Shown: positions 1-9,422, counted from the first letter of the stretch. The stretch is DNA of 64,000 nt from Candidatus Poribacteria bacterium (GCA_965208765.1 OZ242354.1:1058331-1122330), one strand, 5' to 3'. Notes: generated by a model from the letters alone, not told the origin. Made by a program: numbers and translations.

Positions 1-405
1 AAACGCCACGTTAGGAATCACAATCGAGCCCAAAGAATACCGAAACACAATATTTAAGGTTCTACCGTCATCAGTTGCGTATCTAACTATCCAAAAACTT
101 TCCTTTGGCACCTCAATGTTCCTAAACATGAACTTCATTTCAAGCGTGAAATCGCGTAATCCCTCAAGTTTCCAATTCCTGAGAGACAGGTTCGCATCCT
201 CCCGTTTTCCTTTATAATTCAAGCTACCATTCTTGATGCCTATACTAAACTCCTCAAAGATGTCATCTACGAACTCCAGAGGTCCCCAATCTTTACTGTT
301 TCGATCGCTAAAATCGTCATACCACGTTCCGGCGATGCACATTTGACCAAACGGAACCACTGTCATCAAGAGAACGGTAATGGATAGAGTATTTCTGATT
401 AACAT
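1..405 (-). CDS. Secreted hypothetical protein, N-terminal part only (the rest lies beyond the window start); tandem paralog of 450..1235
   Basis: Reverse-strand translation from the ATG at 405..403 reads MLIRNTLSITVLLMTVVPFGQMCIAGTWYDDFSDRNSKDWGPLEF... and stays open to the window edge. It is missing from the ORF track because it has no stop in the window. It shares FGQMC[IL]AGTW.DDFSDR and DFTLEMKFM motifs with the next gene. Confidence 0.6.
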   Translation of the reverse strand, partial: MLIRNTLSITVLLMTVVPFGQMCIAGTWYDDFSDRNSKDWGPLEFVDDIFEEFSIGIKNGSLNYKGKREDANLSLRNWKLEGLRDFTLEMKFMFRNIEVPKESFWIVRYATDDGRTLNIVFRYSLGSIVIPNVAF

Positions 406-449
406 TATCCTGCACCACTCGCAAGCATAATCACATCCTTGAATCTAAA

Positions 450-1235
450 TCAGTCCCGTGCTTTAAGTTTGCCCCACATCGTTGCTATTTTCTCCGTCGG
501 TAGTACGGCTCGCGGGAATCCGGGACCTCCGTCTGGCACGTCGGCACTTGTTACAGTAAGATCATCCAGCCAAATATTGCACCGTCCGACAAAGTTGAAC
601 TTAATCGACCCGGAAGGAACTGAATCATCTAATGCATCCAAAGCGAAATCACCAACCCAGAAGGTGTATCTGTTTCCAATGGCTTCAATCTTCAAGGTGT
701 ACCAAACCTCCTTTACGTAAACAAAGTGGGCGCGGGCAACAACATGCCCTCCCCATATACGTCCAATTTCTGGATGTTCCTCCGGCACCCCGCGCTCGAT
801 CCAAAAGGAAGCGACATCTTGCTCTTCGAAATCACCTAAGGCGCGTCTAAACTCAAATTCCAAAACTCCTTCGTGCTCATGTGTTTCCTCGTTAAAAGCT
901 TCGTAGCAAATCTTCCAATAGCCCATCGTTCCCTCTGGACCAACGGCTGGAAGGTGTCTAATCATGAACTTCATTTCCAGCGTGAAATCGTTTACATTTC
1001 CAACTTTCCAATTCTTTATCGACAGGTTGGCGTTATCCTTTTTTCCTCTAAAATTGAAACGATTACTGTTGACACCTGCGCTAAACTCGTCATTTTTAAA
1101 TCCCCACGACCCGCCCCAATCTTCGAGCGTTCGGTCACTGAAATCGTCGATCCAAGTTCCGGCGAGACACATTTGTCCGAACGCTACGACAGTCAACATA
1201 AACACTATAATCAAAAGAACGCTTTTCACTGGCAT
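450..1235 (-). CDS. Secreted hypothetical protein (signal peptide; possibly a lectin/glucanase-like beta-sandwich, unverified)
   Basis: Track ORF 450..1271. The likely start is the internal MPVKSVLLIIVFMLTVVAFGQMCLAG (hydrophobic signal). It is about half identical by eye to the partial gene at 1..405. I recognised no catalytic motif. Confidence 0.7.
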   Translation of the reverse strand: MPVKSVLLIIVFMLTVVAFGQMCLAGTWIDDFSDRTLEDWGGSWGFKNDEFSAGVNSNRFNFRGKKDNANLSIKNWKVGNVNDFTLEMKFMIRHLPAVGPEGTMGYWKICYEAFNEETHEHEGVLEFEFRRALGDFEEQDVASFWIERGVPEEHPEIGRIWGGHVVARAHFVYVKEVWYTLKIEAIGNRYTFWVGDFALDALDDSVPSGSIKFNFVGRCNIWLDDLTVTSADVPDGGPGFPRAVLPTEKIATMWGKLKARD

Positions 1236-1423
1236 TTTGCATGCCTCCCGTAAAAATCGCAGTCTGGACATCCTCGCTGTTAATGGAATTTGGCTTAATG
1301 TCTCCCGGATTCGGACAGCGAGACAACGACACCGCCCTATAGATGCCGCACACGCCCGAAATATTACATTGATTTCGTTTTTTTTCGAGGAAAACCGCGT
1401 AAATCGGGTCTATCTGGAGACGC

Positions 1424-2227
1424 TTAGGAACCTGTGCTCTGATAACGTCTCAAACCGTAATACCAGAAGAGATAGCCGACGCCGAGCATCACGAGCGCAG
1501 CCACGGGTGCTCCGAACTGGAAGGACCCGGGCATTCCGAGAAACTCCTCCTTTTGAAGCAGCCGCTGTGCGGGATAATAGGTCGCGAAAGCCACGGGGAG
1601 GATAAAGGTCAACACAATCCGCACGGCGAGTGGATAAATGGAAATGGGAAAAGTTGCCGATTCTTTGGTTGTGGTGATGAGCAAGTCCGCCAACTTGCCC
1701 GACTTCGTTGTCCATAGCGCCGCGGTAGCACTGACGAGTATGAGGGCAAACATGATAGCGGCGGCGCACAGTACCGTCGTGACGGTAAACACGGCAACGC
1801 TTATCGACCAGCGAATCTGGGCGAGGTTCAGAGCGAGAATGAAGATGACGACGCTTGTCAGCGCCCGCGCGACGTGATGAAGTTCCACCCGGCTCGCGAG
1901 GACGTAGAATAGAGGTGGTAGAGGCTTGGTTAGAACCGTGTCCAGATCGCCCTGGAGGATGTACCGGTCGAAATCATCCAATTGGCTGGCAACGATTCGC
2001 ATCAGGGAATACGCCAAATTTCCTAGCCCGTAGAGGAAAACGACTTCTGCCAATGTCCAACCATTTACGGCGCGAAACTTGGTGAACAACACGCCCAACA
2101 GTCCGACCAGACAAGCTTCGCTGACCGCGATCGTGACGCACCTCAACCCAAAGGACAGTCGATATTGGATTCGAGAGCGCACATAAGCGCCCGCGAGAAG
2201 AAAGTAGAGCTTGAGATAACGTAGCAT
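1424..2227 (-). CDS. ABC-2 type transporter permease (COG3694/COG4587-like)
   Basis: 267-aa polytopic membrane protein starting MLRYLKLYFLLAGAYVRSRIQYRLSF. It is the last gene of an ATPase-permease-permease operon. Confidence 0.7.
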   Translation of the reverse strand: MLRYLKLYFLLAGAYVRSRIQYRLSFGLRCVTIAVSEACLVGLLGVLFTKFRAVNGWTLAEVVFLYGLGNLAYSLMRIVASQLDDFDRYILQGDLDTVLTKPLPPLFYVLASRVELHHVARALTSVVIFILALNLAQIRWSISVAVFTVTTVLCAAAIMFALILVSATAALWTTKSGKLADLLITTTKESATFPISIYPLAVRIVLTFILPVAFATYYPAQRLLQKEEFLGMPGSFQFGAPVAALVMLGVGYLFWYYGLRRYQSTGS

Positions 2228-2341
2228 AATGTTTAATGATTAACTCTACAAGCTAACCGAGGTAAAGCAAGAACCAAGCCAAACGGTCAGGTAAAGAAAC
2301 TCCCGCCGTTGGATTATTGCAATCCCAATCTTCTATTCTTC

Positions 2342-3139
2342 TCAGCCGCCCTGAACGACCAACTTCCGGAAAGCCGCACGATAACAGATCCGTCCGAGCG
2401 CCATCAACACAGTTGCCCACGTCAGTTGAATTAACAGTGCCGTGGCTAGGTCGCTTCCTGCTAGATTACCGGTATATAGCGCCGTCGGGATGTAGATGAT
2501 GGCACGAAACGGCAACACTTCAGCCACCTTGAATAAGAAGGCGGGATAGAACTCGAGAGGCAAAAAGTAACCGGAAAATAACATGTGCAGTCCCCAAATG
2601 ACAAGCGCATAGATCCCATAAATTTCGATAAGCCAGAAGGCGAAGACGCCGATTATGAATTCGATACTAAACAGAATGACATATCCCAAGACTGCGCTTA
2701 AGATAAAGAGCGCTACTGTGAGGAATGTCGGCGGAAGGGATAGCTTGAAAATCACGTAGAACAAAATGACTTTCGGCAACATGTTGAATAGCAGCGTGTG
2801 GATTGACGTTCCGACTGCGGTTGCGAGCGTCATCATCTGAAAGTCGATTGGTTTCATTAGGTCGGTTGCGATCTCACCGGCGCGTATCTTCGCTTGGATC
2901 ATACGCGCGATCCGAAGAGTGAACACGAAAGTCAGCAGCGTCTGTGAGATGACGATGTATGTCAGAATGCCGTTGAGGTCATATCCCTCTACTGATGTTT
3001 GGTCCGCATACAACGCCTTCCACAGGTAAACATAAATCAACATAAAGAGCACATTGATGGCAAGCTCCATCCATAACTCAAACCGATAGGTAAGCGTGCG
3101 CTGAAAGGCTTTCGTCGAAAAAGCGAGGTATTTTCTCAT
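2342..3139 (-). CDS. ABC-2 type transporter permease (COG4587-like)
   Basis: 265 aa starting MRKYLAFSTKAFQRTLTYRFELWMELAINVLFMLIYVYLWKALY, typical of this permease family. It sits 17 nt downstream of the ATPase gene. Confidence 0.75.
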   Translation of the reverse strand: MRKYLAFSTKAFQRTLTYRFELWMELAINVLFMLIYVYLWKALYADQTSVEGYDLNGILTYIVISQTLLTFVFTLRIARMIQAKIRAGEIATDLMKPIDFQMMTLATAVGTSIHTLLFNMLPKVILFYVIFKLSLPPTFLTVALFILSAVLGYVILFSIEFIIGVFAFWLIEIYGIYALVIWGLHMLFSGYFLPLEFYPAFLFKVAEVLPFRAIIYIPTALYTGNLAGSDLATALLIQLTWATVLMALGRICYRAAFRKLVVQGG

Positions 3140-3155
3140 GGTTAGTTTCCAGCGG

Positions 3156-4142
3156 TTATTGACTCATGCCGAACTTGTAAATCCGCCGAACAATCTCCTC
3201 GATTTCCGGCTCTGAGATTGTCAAATCTTGTATTTCGTAACGTGACGCCAATTGAGCGATCACTTCCGAAGCGGGCAGTGTGTCCCGGTCAAATGCGAGC
3301 CAGACACGGTTTTCCTCGCGCCGCGTCAGATTTACGCCCTCAAGTTGAATGTCGGGATACGGTAGTGCAAGGTCAACAATGAGCATTCGAGTTTTGCCGT
3401 ACTGTTTCTTCAATACATCGATCCCGCCGTCGTAGATGATTTTGCCCTTGTCAATGATAATAAGTCGTCCACATACCTGCTCCACATCGTTAAGGTCGTG
3501 TGTCGTCAGGATTACCGTGACTTGGCGTTCGGCGTTTATCTGCCTGAGAAACTGGCGAACCTGCTCTTTGGCAACCACATCCAACCCAATGGTCGGCTCA
3601 TCCAAGTATAGAATCTCCGGGTCGTGCAGCAGCGCCGCGGTAAGATCGCATCGCATCCGCTGACCAAGACTCAGTTTTCGTACCGGCGTGGACAGAAACG
3701 GACGCAATTGCAACAATTCGCTGAAAAATTCGAGATTCTGTTGGTACCGGTTCTCAGGGATTTCGTAGATGTGTTTGAGCAATTCGAAGGAATCGATAAC
3801 AGGCAGATCCCACCAAAGTTGCGTTCGTTGTCCGAACACCACGCCAATCCTCCGAGCGTTTTCCTTCCGGTGAAGATATGGCGTCAGATTCATCACGTCA
3901 ACGTGACCCGACGTAGGCACAAGAATCCCCGTTAACATTTTGATGGTCGTCGACTTCCCCGCGCCGTTTGCGCCGATGTATCCCACCAATTCTCCGCGTT
4001 CAAGCGTGAAGTTCACGTCTTCGACGGCTTTTATAATGTCGTATTCACGAGTTACCGTGCTGCCGAGGCTTCTCCAAAATCCTTTGCGGCGTTTATGTAC
4101 CTTAAAGTTCTTGCATAGATGTTCCACAGAAATAACGGGCAT
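3156..4142 (-). CDS. ABC transporter ATP-binding protein (COG4586-like)
   Basis: Walker A GANGAGKST, signature LSLGQRMR and Walker B ILYLDEPT are present. The track ORF extends to 4328, but the first 62 codons are Cys/Arg-rich and look non-protein. I prefer the start at MPVISVEHLCKNF (4142). Confidence 0.88.
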   Translation of the reverse strand: MPVISVEHLCKNFKVHKRRKGFWRSLGSTVTREYDIIKAVEDVNFTLERGELVGYIGANGAGKSTTIKMLTGILVPTSGHVDVMNLTPYLHRKENARRIGVVFGQRTQLWWDLPVIDSFELLKHIYEIPENRYQQNLEFFSELLQLRPFLSTPVRKLSLGQRMRCDLTAALLHDPEILYLDEPTIGLDVVAKEQVRQFLRQINAERQVTVILTTHDLNDVEQVCGRLIIIDKGKIIYDGGIDVLKKQYGKTRMLIVDLALPYPDIQLEGVNLTRREENRVWLAFDRDTLPASEVIAQLASRYEIQDLTISEPEIEEIVRRIYKFGMSQ

Positions 4143-4627
4143 ATTCGTCTCCGTCGGATGTTTGAGGTGTCGCTTAGCTGGAGAAATAGGTTGGGTTGGA
4201 ATACCGAAAGACCGGCTTCGCACGCCTGGTTGGCATGCCGAGAATATAACCGGTCGTACGAGACAAGATCGCGCAATGACACAGACTGAGGAGATAAGCG
4301 GAACAATGCGGAAAAGACTCACTCGCACAGACGTGAGGCGGGGTGGTTTATAGATCTACGGAGTAGTGTTAACCAATGAGGGACCGGTGATTTCAGGACT
4401 GAGCCCTATAATGGCGAAGATCCTGTTTGGGAAGCGTGACTGAGTGGCTGGGGAACGTGGAAATCGGAGCGGAAAATTATACCACATCTGTAATGCTTAT
4501 GCAAATGTCATGAGATAGCAAAGCAAGGTAGACGCACCTGATCTTGAGAACAGAGTTGATGGGATAGTAGTCGGGTAATTCTGTGCAGTACGACTGAAAG
4601 AACCTGTTTCATAAGCAGATCGCGAAA

Positions 4628-5043
4628 CCAATTAGACGCATTTGAGCAACAGTAGTGGCGGGATTGCTACGCGAACTCCATGGCGCAGGTTTAGCTATCC
4701 ACTCACTAGATCCCCATTTGGTCGCTAGAGAGTCCGCAAATGTGAATAAACTGTTAATCCGCCGCCCTTATTCGGCGTCAAAGGTTGAACTGATACCTAT
4801 TTGTCGTGAAGATTGACACAATAAATAGGTGCCAATATGTGAGCGGAGGTGTGTTTTCGGGGGAGTATTCACTTCGCTTGACTCGATACTTACCTTCGAT
4901 AGCACCAGCTCATAGCTGGTCAGATATGAAAAAGATATTAGAAGAGAAAAGAGTCGTTGTCGTGAAGGTCGCACTTGAGTAAGTAAATGCAGAGGCACTA
5001 CATGCGCTAAGTGTCCAATGCAAAACCAGATGCGGTTCCCTTG
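4628..5043. mobile_element. Decayed copy of the CAGGG-ended MITE family (copy A)
   Basis: The right terminus AGATGCGGTTCCCTTG (5028..5043) matches 14/16 to the family terminus. The interior from about 4700 to 5027 aligns by eye at roughly two-thirds identity, in the same orientation, with 53780..54186. The left terminus is eroded (ATTAGACGCATTT near 4631) and no target duplication is recognisable. Confidence 0.5.
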
Positions 5044-5061
5044 CGGGCATAGACAAAACAC

Positions 5062-5090
5062 TTGACTTTTGTATAGCCTGAGTTTACTAT
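5062..5090 (+). promoter_or_regulatory. Putative sigma70-type promoter for the eutN-like gene
   Basis: TTGACT (5062..5067), 17-nt spacer, TACTAT (5085..5090), about 70 nt upstream of the ATG at 5159. Confidence 0.4.
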
Positions 5091-5158
5091 ACACGTCATT
5101 ACCAGACGAACTGAAAGCTGATATGAAGATGAGAATCTAGAGTAGAAAGGTTCATTGG

Positions 5159-5446
5159 ATGACACTTGGTAAAGTCACGGGAACAATCGTCGCTACACAA
5201 AAAGACACGAAACTTATCGGTAGTAAGTTGATGATTATCCAAGATGTGGACTTGGACGGGAATGTCCTCAAGACTTACAATGCGGCAGTGGATGCGGTAG
5301 GCGCCGGTATTGGCGAGTTGGTGCTGGTTGCAACCGGTAGTTCCGCACGGCAAACAACAGCCACCAAAGACAAGCCCGTTGATGCCGTCATCATGGCTAT
5401 TGTTGATATTGTAGAAGTGCACGGCGAAGTTCGGTATCAGAAGTGA
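5159..5446 (+). CDS. Bacterial microcompartment vertex (pentamer) protein, EutN/CcmL family
   Basis: 95 aa. MTLGKVTGTIVATQKDTKLIGSKLMIIQ...AVDAVGAGIGELVLVATGSSARQ...PVDAVIMAIVD matches the family's conserved blocks throughout. Confidence 0.85.
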   Translation: MTLGKVTGTIVATQKDTKLIGSKLMIIQDVDLDGNVLKTYNAAVDAVGAGIGELVLVATGSSARQTTATKDKPVDAVIMAIVDIVEVHGEVRYQK

Positions 5447-5491
5447 TTGTGAAACTGTCCTTTTGTGAGAAACGCATGAGGTTGTGTTTCC

Positions 5492-7282
5492 GTGGAACAG
5501 GATACATCTCCGGTACGGCCGGACACAGGTCGAGAACTCCCACTCAAAATTGAACTAATCAAGCAGATTGCTTGGCTCGCCCGGCTGCGTTGGATTGCAA
5601 TCGGCGGGGTCTTTGTCACCGTCGGAATTGCATGGTGGTTAGATGTAATCGACCAGCCTCTTCCGCTGTATCTGATTGCCCTGTTTATGGTGCTTTACAA
5701 CTTCGAGCCGCAGATTTACTCGAAGAATGTGAGCAAGAGACGGCTGGTGGCGGTCAAGCGTCACGCCTGCACACACATTCTACTCGATCTGTTTTCATTA
5801 ACAGCGTTGATTCATTTTAGCGGAGGTGTCGAAAACCCGTTCATCTTCTACTTCGTGTTTCATCTTGTAATCGCAAGCATCATTCTCTCCAAGAAAGTCA
5901 GTTATATACTCGCTACCCTCAACACCGCACTCCTTAGTTCTGTAATCTTCCTCGAGTATTTCGGGATTCTTCCACATCATCATCTGAATAACTTCCTTCC
6001 GATTACGCTCTGGCAACACCCCATTTATGTGGCGAGTGTCCTGTTCGTATTCACGAGCACGCTATTTTTCTCTGTTTATTTGGCTACGACGATAACGGAC
6101 ACCGCAAGGGCGCGCGAGGAAGAGACGCGCGACTTGAAGGAAAACTTGGAGGAAAAGGTTTCGGAACTGGAAGCCGCGCGGAAGGAGGTCCTCTTCGAGC
6201 GAAACAAACTCAAATCAATAATTGAATGTATGCACGAGGGCGTTGTTTTCGTTGATGAAAGAAACCAAATAACACTCTCGAATAAAGCTGCCCAGCAAAT
6301 TCAGCAGGAACAATCAGATACGGACTTCCCACTCGCTGCGGCACCTCAATCCGAAGCCGTGGATTCGCAATTCGGTCGACACTCCGATAATCTATTATCA
6401 CAGATGGTTCGGGGACTGTCGAAAGCCGGCGGTGCCATTGAACAGAAGAGCGTTCAGATAAAGGATAGACATTTTGAGAACACCGTCGCAGCGGTGCGCG
6501 ATGAGGCGGAAGGTCATTTAGGTACCGTGCTGGTCTCGCGCGATGTAACAGATCGAAAACGGATGGAGCAGCAGTTGATGTTCTCAGAGAAAATGGCGGC
6601 AATAGGCGAGGTAGCCGCAGGGGTCGCACACGAGATCAATAACCCCCTTGATGGCTTGATTAACTGCATCCTACGTATTAAGCGAGATCCGGAGAATGTC
6701 CACCAAACGAAAGAATATCTAGCTCTTATGGAAGATGCATTACGACGCATTGAGTCAACCGTTAAGCAGCTTCTGGACTTTTCGCGCCACCATGAACTCA
6801 GTCTGGCCCCAATCTCGCTGAACGAGGTTGTAGATGAGGTTGTTGGTCTGATTGAATATAGTACCCAAGAAAAAGGGATCGAAATTGAGAAGCAATTCCA
6901 TTCAAATCTTGCCTCAATCTTAGGCGATAAACACCTGCTTGAACAGGTTGTTTTGAATCTTGCGTTAAACGCGGTTGCCGCGATGCCGGATGGAGGGGCT
7001 CTGGTGTTTGAGACAGGAACGGTAGAATCCGATGCATTTGTGGGTTCGCAGATGGTCTACGTTCGGGTTACGGATACGGGAATCGGTATTCCACATGCCA
7101 TTCAAGATCGGATTTTCGATCCGTTTTATACAACAAAAATCTCGGAAAAAGGTACGGGACTTGGTCTCTCAGTTTCTGATAGAATTGTCAGGCAGCATGA
7201 AGGAACGCTTGAATTCGAAAGCAATCCTGGTCAAGGTTCGACCTTCACGATGAACTTGCCGATCGCATCAAATCGAACTTGA
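5492..7282 (+). CDS. Membrane-bound sensor histidine kinase (polytopic N-terminus, coiled coil, PAS-like, HisKA, HATPase_c)
   Basis: About 6 predicted TM helices with a GGVENPF motif. H-box AAGVAHEINNPL. Likely N box NLALNAV, G1-type box VTDTGIGIP and G2-type box GTGLGLSV. Stop overlaps the response regulator start. Confidence 0.85.
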   Translation: MEQDTSPVRPDTGRELPLKIELIKQIAWLARLRWIAIGGVFVTVGIAWWLDVIDQPLPLYLIALFMVLYNFEPQIYSKNVSKRRLVAVKRHACTHILLDLFSLTALIHFSGGVENPFIFYFVFHLVIASIILSKKVSYILATLNTALLSSVIFLEYFGILPHHHLNNFLPITLWQHPIYVASVLFVFTSTLFFSVYLATTITDTARAREEETRDLKENLEEKVSELEAARKEVLFERNKLKSIIECMHEGVVFVDERNQITLSNKAAQQIQQEQSDTDFPLAAAPQSEAVDSQFGRHSDNLLSQMVRGLSKAGGAIEQKSVQIKDRHFENTVAAVRDEAEGHLGTVLVSRDVTDRKRMEQQLMFSEKMAAIGEVAAGVAHEINNPLDGLINCILRIKRDPENVHQTKEYLALMEDALRRIESTVKQLLDFSRHHELSLAPISLNEVVDEVVGLIEYSTQEKGIEIEKQFHSNLASILGDKHLLEQVVLNLALNAVAAMPDGGALVFETGTVESDAFVGSQMVYVRVTDTGIGIPHAIQDRIFDPFYTTKISEKGTGLGLSVSDRIVRQHEGTLEFESNPGQGSTFTMNLPIASNRT

Positions 7283-8646
7283 ATATGAAAGTATTGGTCG
7301 TCGACGACGAGAAGATAAAGCGGATTACACTTAGGGATGACCTTCGCGAGGCAAACTATGACGCAATCGCGGTCGAAACTCCCACTACTGGACTGCAACT
7401 GTTGGAGAATGAACACTTCGATGTGCTAATAACTGACCTGCGAATGCCTCAGATGCACGGGATTGATTTCCTAAAACGAGCCAAGAAAAATCACCCACAT
7501 ATTACGGTAATAATCATGACCGCCTATGCCACGGTGGAAACCGCTGTCGAGGCCATGCAGTACGGCGCATATAACTACATCAAGAAACCGTTCTCGAGCG
7601 AAGAACTAATTGGCATGCTAGACAAGCTGAAGGCACTGCAGCAGGAGGTTGATGCTGCGAAAGGGGAGGACATTGACCAACCTTGCATGAACGCCGGTGA
7701 ACCCTCGCCTAATCATAATATCGTCGGAAAGAACCAGCAAATACGAGAGATTCTTGACGCCCTAGCCACCGTAGCTGAATCCAGCAGTAACGTGTTAATA
7801 TACGGCGAGCGAGGGGTTGGTAAAGCACTGCTAGCAAAATCCATTCATTCGAATAGTCCGCGCAGATATCAGCCTTACGTGCGTGTAAACTGCTCAAAAC
7901 AGTCGCCAAACACACTACAGGAAGATCTTTTTGGGTACGAAAGAAGCGCAAACGGTCAGCAGACGGGGGGACTCGAACTTTCTCAGGGAGGTACACTCTT
8001 TCTAGCTGATATTGAAAACATGCCGTACGAGATGCAGATCAAACTGCTTCAAGCGCTTGAAGATGGAGAATATGTGCGTGACGAAAGCACGGATAGTGCC
8101 AGATTAGACGTGCGCCTAATTGCCGCGACTACGGAGAATCTACGCGAGAAAGTCAGTTCAGGTGAATTCCGTGAAGATCTGTTTTACCGATTAAACGTCG
8201 TACCCCTCTTCTTGCCCCCGCTGCGGGAACGGACGGAAGATATACCACTCCTCATCAGCCACTTCTTAGAATTATTCGCACCACGTCGGGATACCTTTGT
8301 AGATTCGGAGGCTATCGATTTGCTTGCGGCGTACACCTGGCCGGGAAATGTAGGCGAACTGGAAAATCTAATCGAACGGCTTGTCACGATGGGCGGCGGA
8401 CAGCCTATTTCTGTTGAAGATATTCCAATCGAGTTGAAAGTGCCGGCGCCGGTCAACTTAGATGATACGTTGAGCGGAATCTCATTTCGTGAGATTGTCC
8501 AGTCCACCGAGCGCGAACTCATTGCGTGGGCAATGAGGAAAACAAAGGGGAACAAAACCCAATCAGCAAGGCTGCTCAAAATGAAACCTTCCACGTTTCG
8601 CGATGCGCTTGCCAAGTACATCAATGAGATCGGGTTGGACGCTTGA
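7279..8646 (+). CDS. NtrC-family response regulator (REC + AAA+ sigma54-interaction-type domain + Fis-type HTH) with degenerate GAFTGA and Walker B motifs
   Basis: REC domain has VLITDLRMP, IIMTAY and KKPF. AAA+ domain has GERGVGKA, REDLFYRLNV and WPGNVGELEN. C-terminal HTH is TQSARLLKMKPSTFRDAL. The GAFTGA position reads SANGQQ and Walker B reads FLAD. Confidence 0.85.
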   Translation: MNMKVLVVDDEKIKRITLRDDLREANYDAIAVETPTTGLQLLENEHFDVLITDLRMPQMHGIDFLKRAKKNHPHITVIIMTAYATVETAVEAMQYGAYNYIKKPFSSEELIGMLDKLKALQQEVDAAKGEDIDQPCMNAGEPSPNHNIVGKNQQIREILDALATVAESSSNVLIYGERGVGKALLAKSIHSNSPRRYQPYVRVNCSKQSPNTLQEDLFGYERSANGQQTGGLELSQGGTLFLADIENMPYEMQIKLLQALEDGEYVRDESTDSARLDVRLIAATTENLREKVSSGEFREDLFYRLNVVPLFLPPLRERTEDIPLLISHFLELFAPRRDTFVDSEAIDLLAAYTWPGNVGELENLIERLVTMGGGQPISVEDIPIELKVPAPVNLDDTLSGISFREIVQSTERELIAWAMRKTKGNKTQSARLLKMKPSTFRDALAKYINEIGLDA

Positions 8647-8742
8647 GTCTCCAGATCACTTCGCACACTTTTATCCCCCGCACTCGAGAGTCTTCGCCGG
8701 CAAAAATCAAATGCCTTGGCTGCTTCCAATCTTAGTGAATGT

Positions 8743-9306
8743 ATGACCAGAGATGAGAAACGTCGACGTATTCGTGAGGAAACGCTCCGAAGACGCGACA
8801 ACATACCTCCGGAAGTCCGTCGTGAGTTGAGCGGGACCATTGGCAGGCGCGTGATCAAGTTTATCGAGGCGCATGCCATCGACTCGGTAATGCTCTACCT
8901 CAACATGCGAACTGAAGTTGAAACGCAGGACCTGCTCGTTTATCTATTGGACGCGGACAAGATTGCGCTTGCGCCGATAGTAGAAGCCAAGGGGCTTGTC
9001 CCAAGGCGAATAACCGACCCGGACTCGCAGTTTGTGCGTCATCCTTTCGGTATGTTTCAGCCTGATCAGGATGTTTGCCCCGCGTTCCCTCTAACCGAGA
9101 TTGATTTGATTCTTGTTCCCGGAATTGCTTTCGATCTGCAGAGATTCCGTATTGGGTATGGGGGCGGATACTACGATCGGTTTCTTCCAAAATGCCCGCA
9201 AGCCACTTGGATAGGATTAGCGTTCGACGGACAGGTTATTCAAGATACTCTTCCACAGGCATGGGACGTAGCATTGCATTATATCTTTTCCGAGAAGTGT
9301 AGCTGA
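8743..9306 (+). CDS. 5-formyltetrahydrofolate cyclo-ligase
   Basis: MTRDEKRRRIREETLRRRDNIP..., ...LILVPGIAFDLQRFRIGYGGGYYDRFL is typical of the MTHFS/YgfA family. Start chosen at the internal ATG of track ORF 8716..9306. Confidence 0.8.
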   Translation: MTRDEKRRRIREETLRRRDNIPPEVRRELSGTIGRRVIKFIEAHAIDSVMLYLNMRTEVETQDLLVYLLDADKIALAPIVEAKGLVPRRITDPDSQFVRHPFGMFQPDQDVCPAFPLTEIDLILVPGIAFDLQRFRIGYGGGYYDRFLPKCPQATWIGLAFDGQVIQDTLPQAWDVALHYIFSEKCS

Positions 9307-9422
9307 CGGGCATTGTATCCGCGCGTTACCGGTCCCGAATCATACGTTGCTGGCAGCGGTTCACCTCGTGCAATCACCTATCAGAAAGCAGAATAGTAAA
9401 TGAAAGGAATCGGAAACGCACA

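Noticed and set aside
4143-4328. N-terminal 62-codon extension of the ABC ATPase ORF. Similar upstream extensions occur in ORFs 450..1271, 44944..46062, 45977..46816, 48587..50170 and 54469..55503.
   Set aside because: The extensions lack family-conserved sequence or overlap upstream genes. Internal starts give canonical N-termini or signal peptides.
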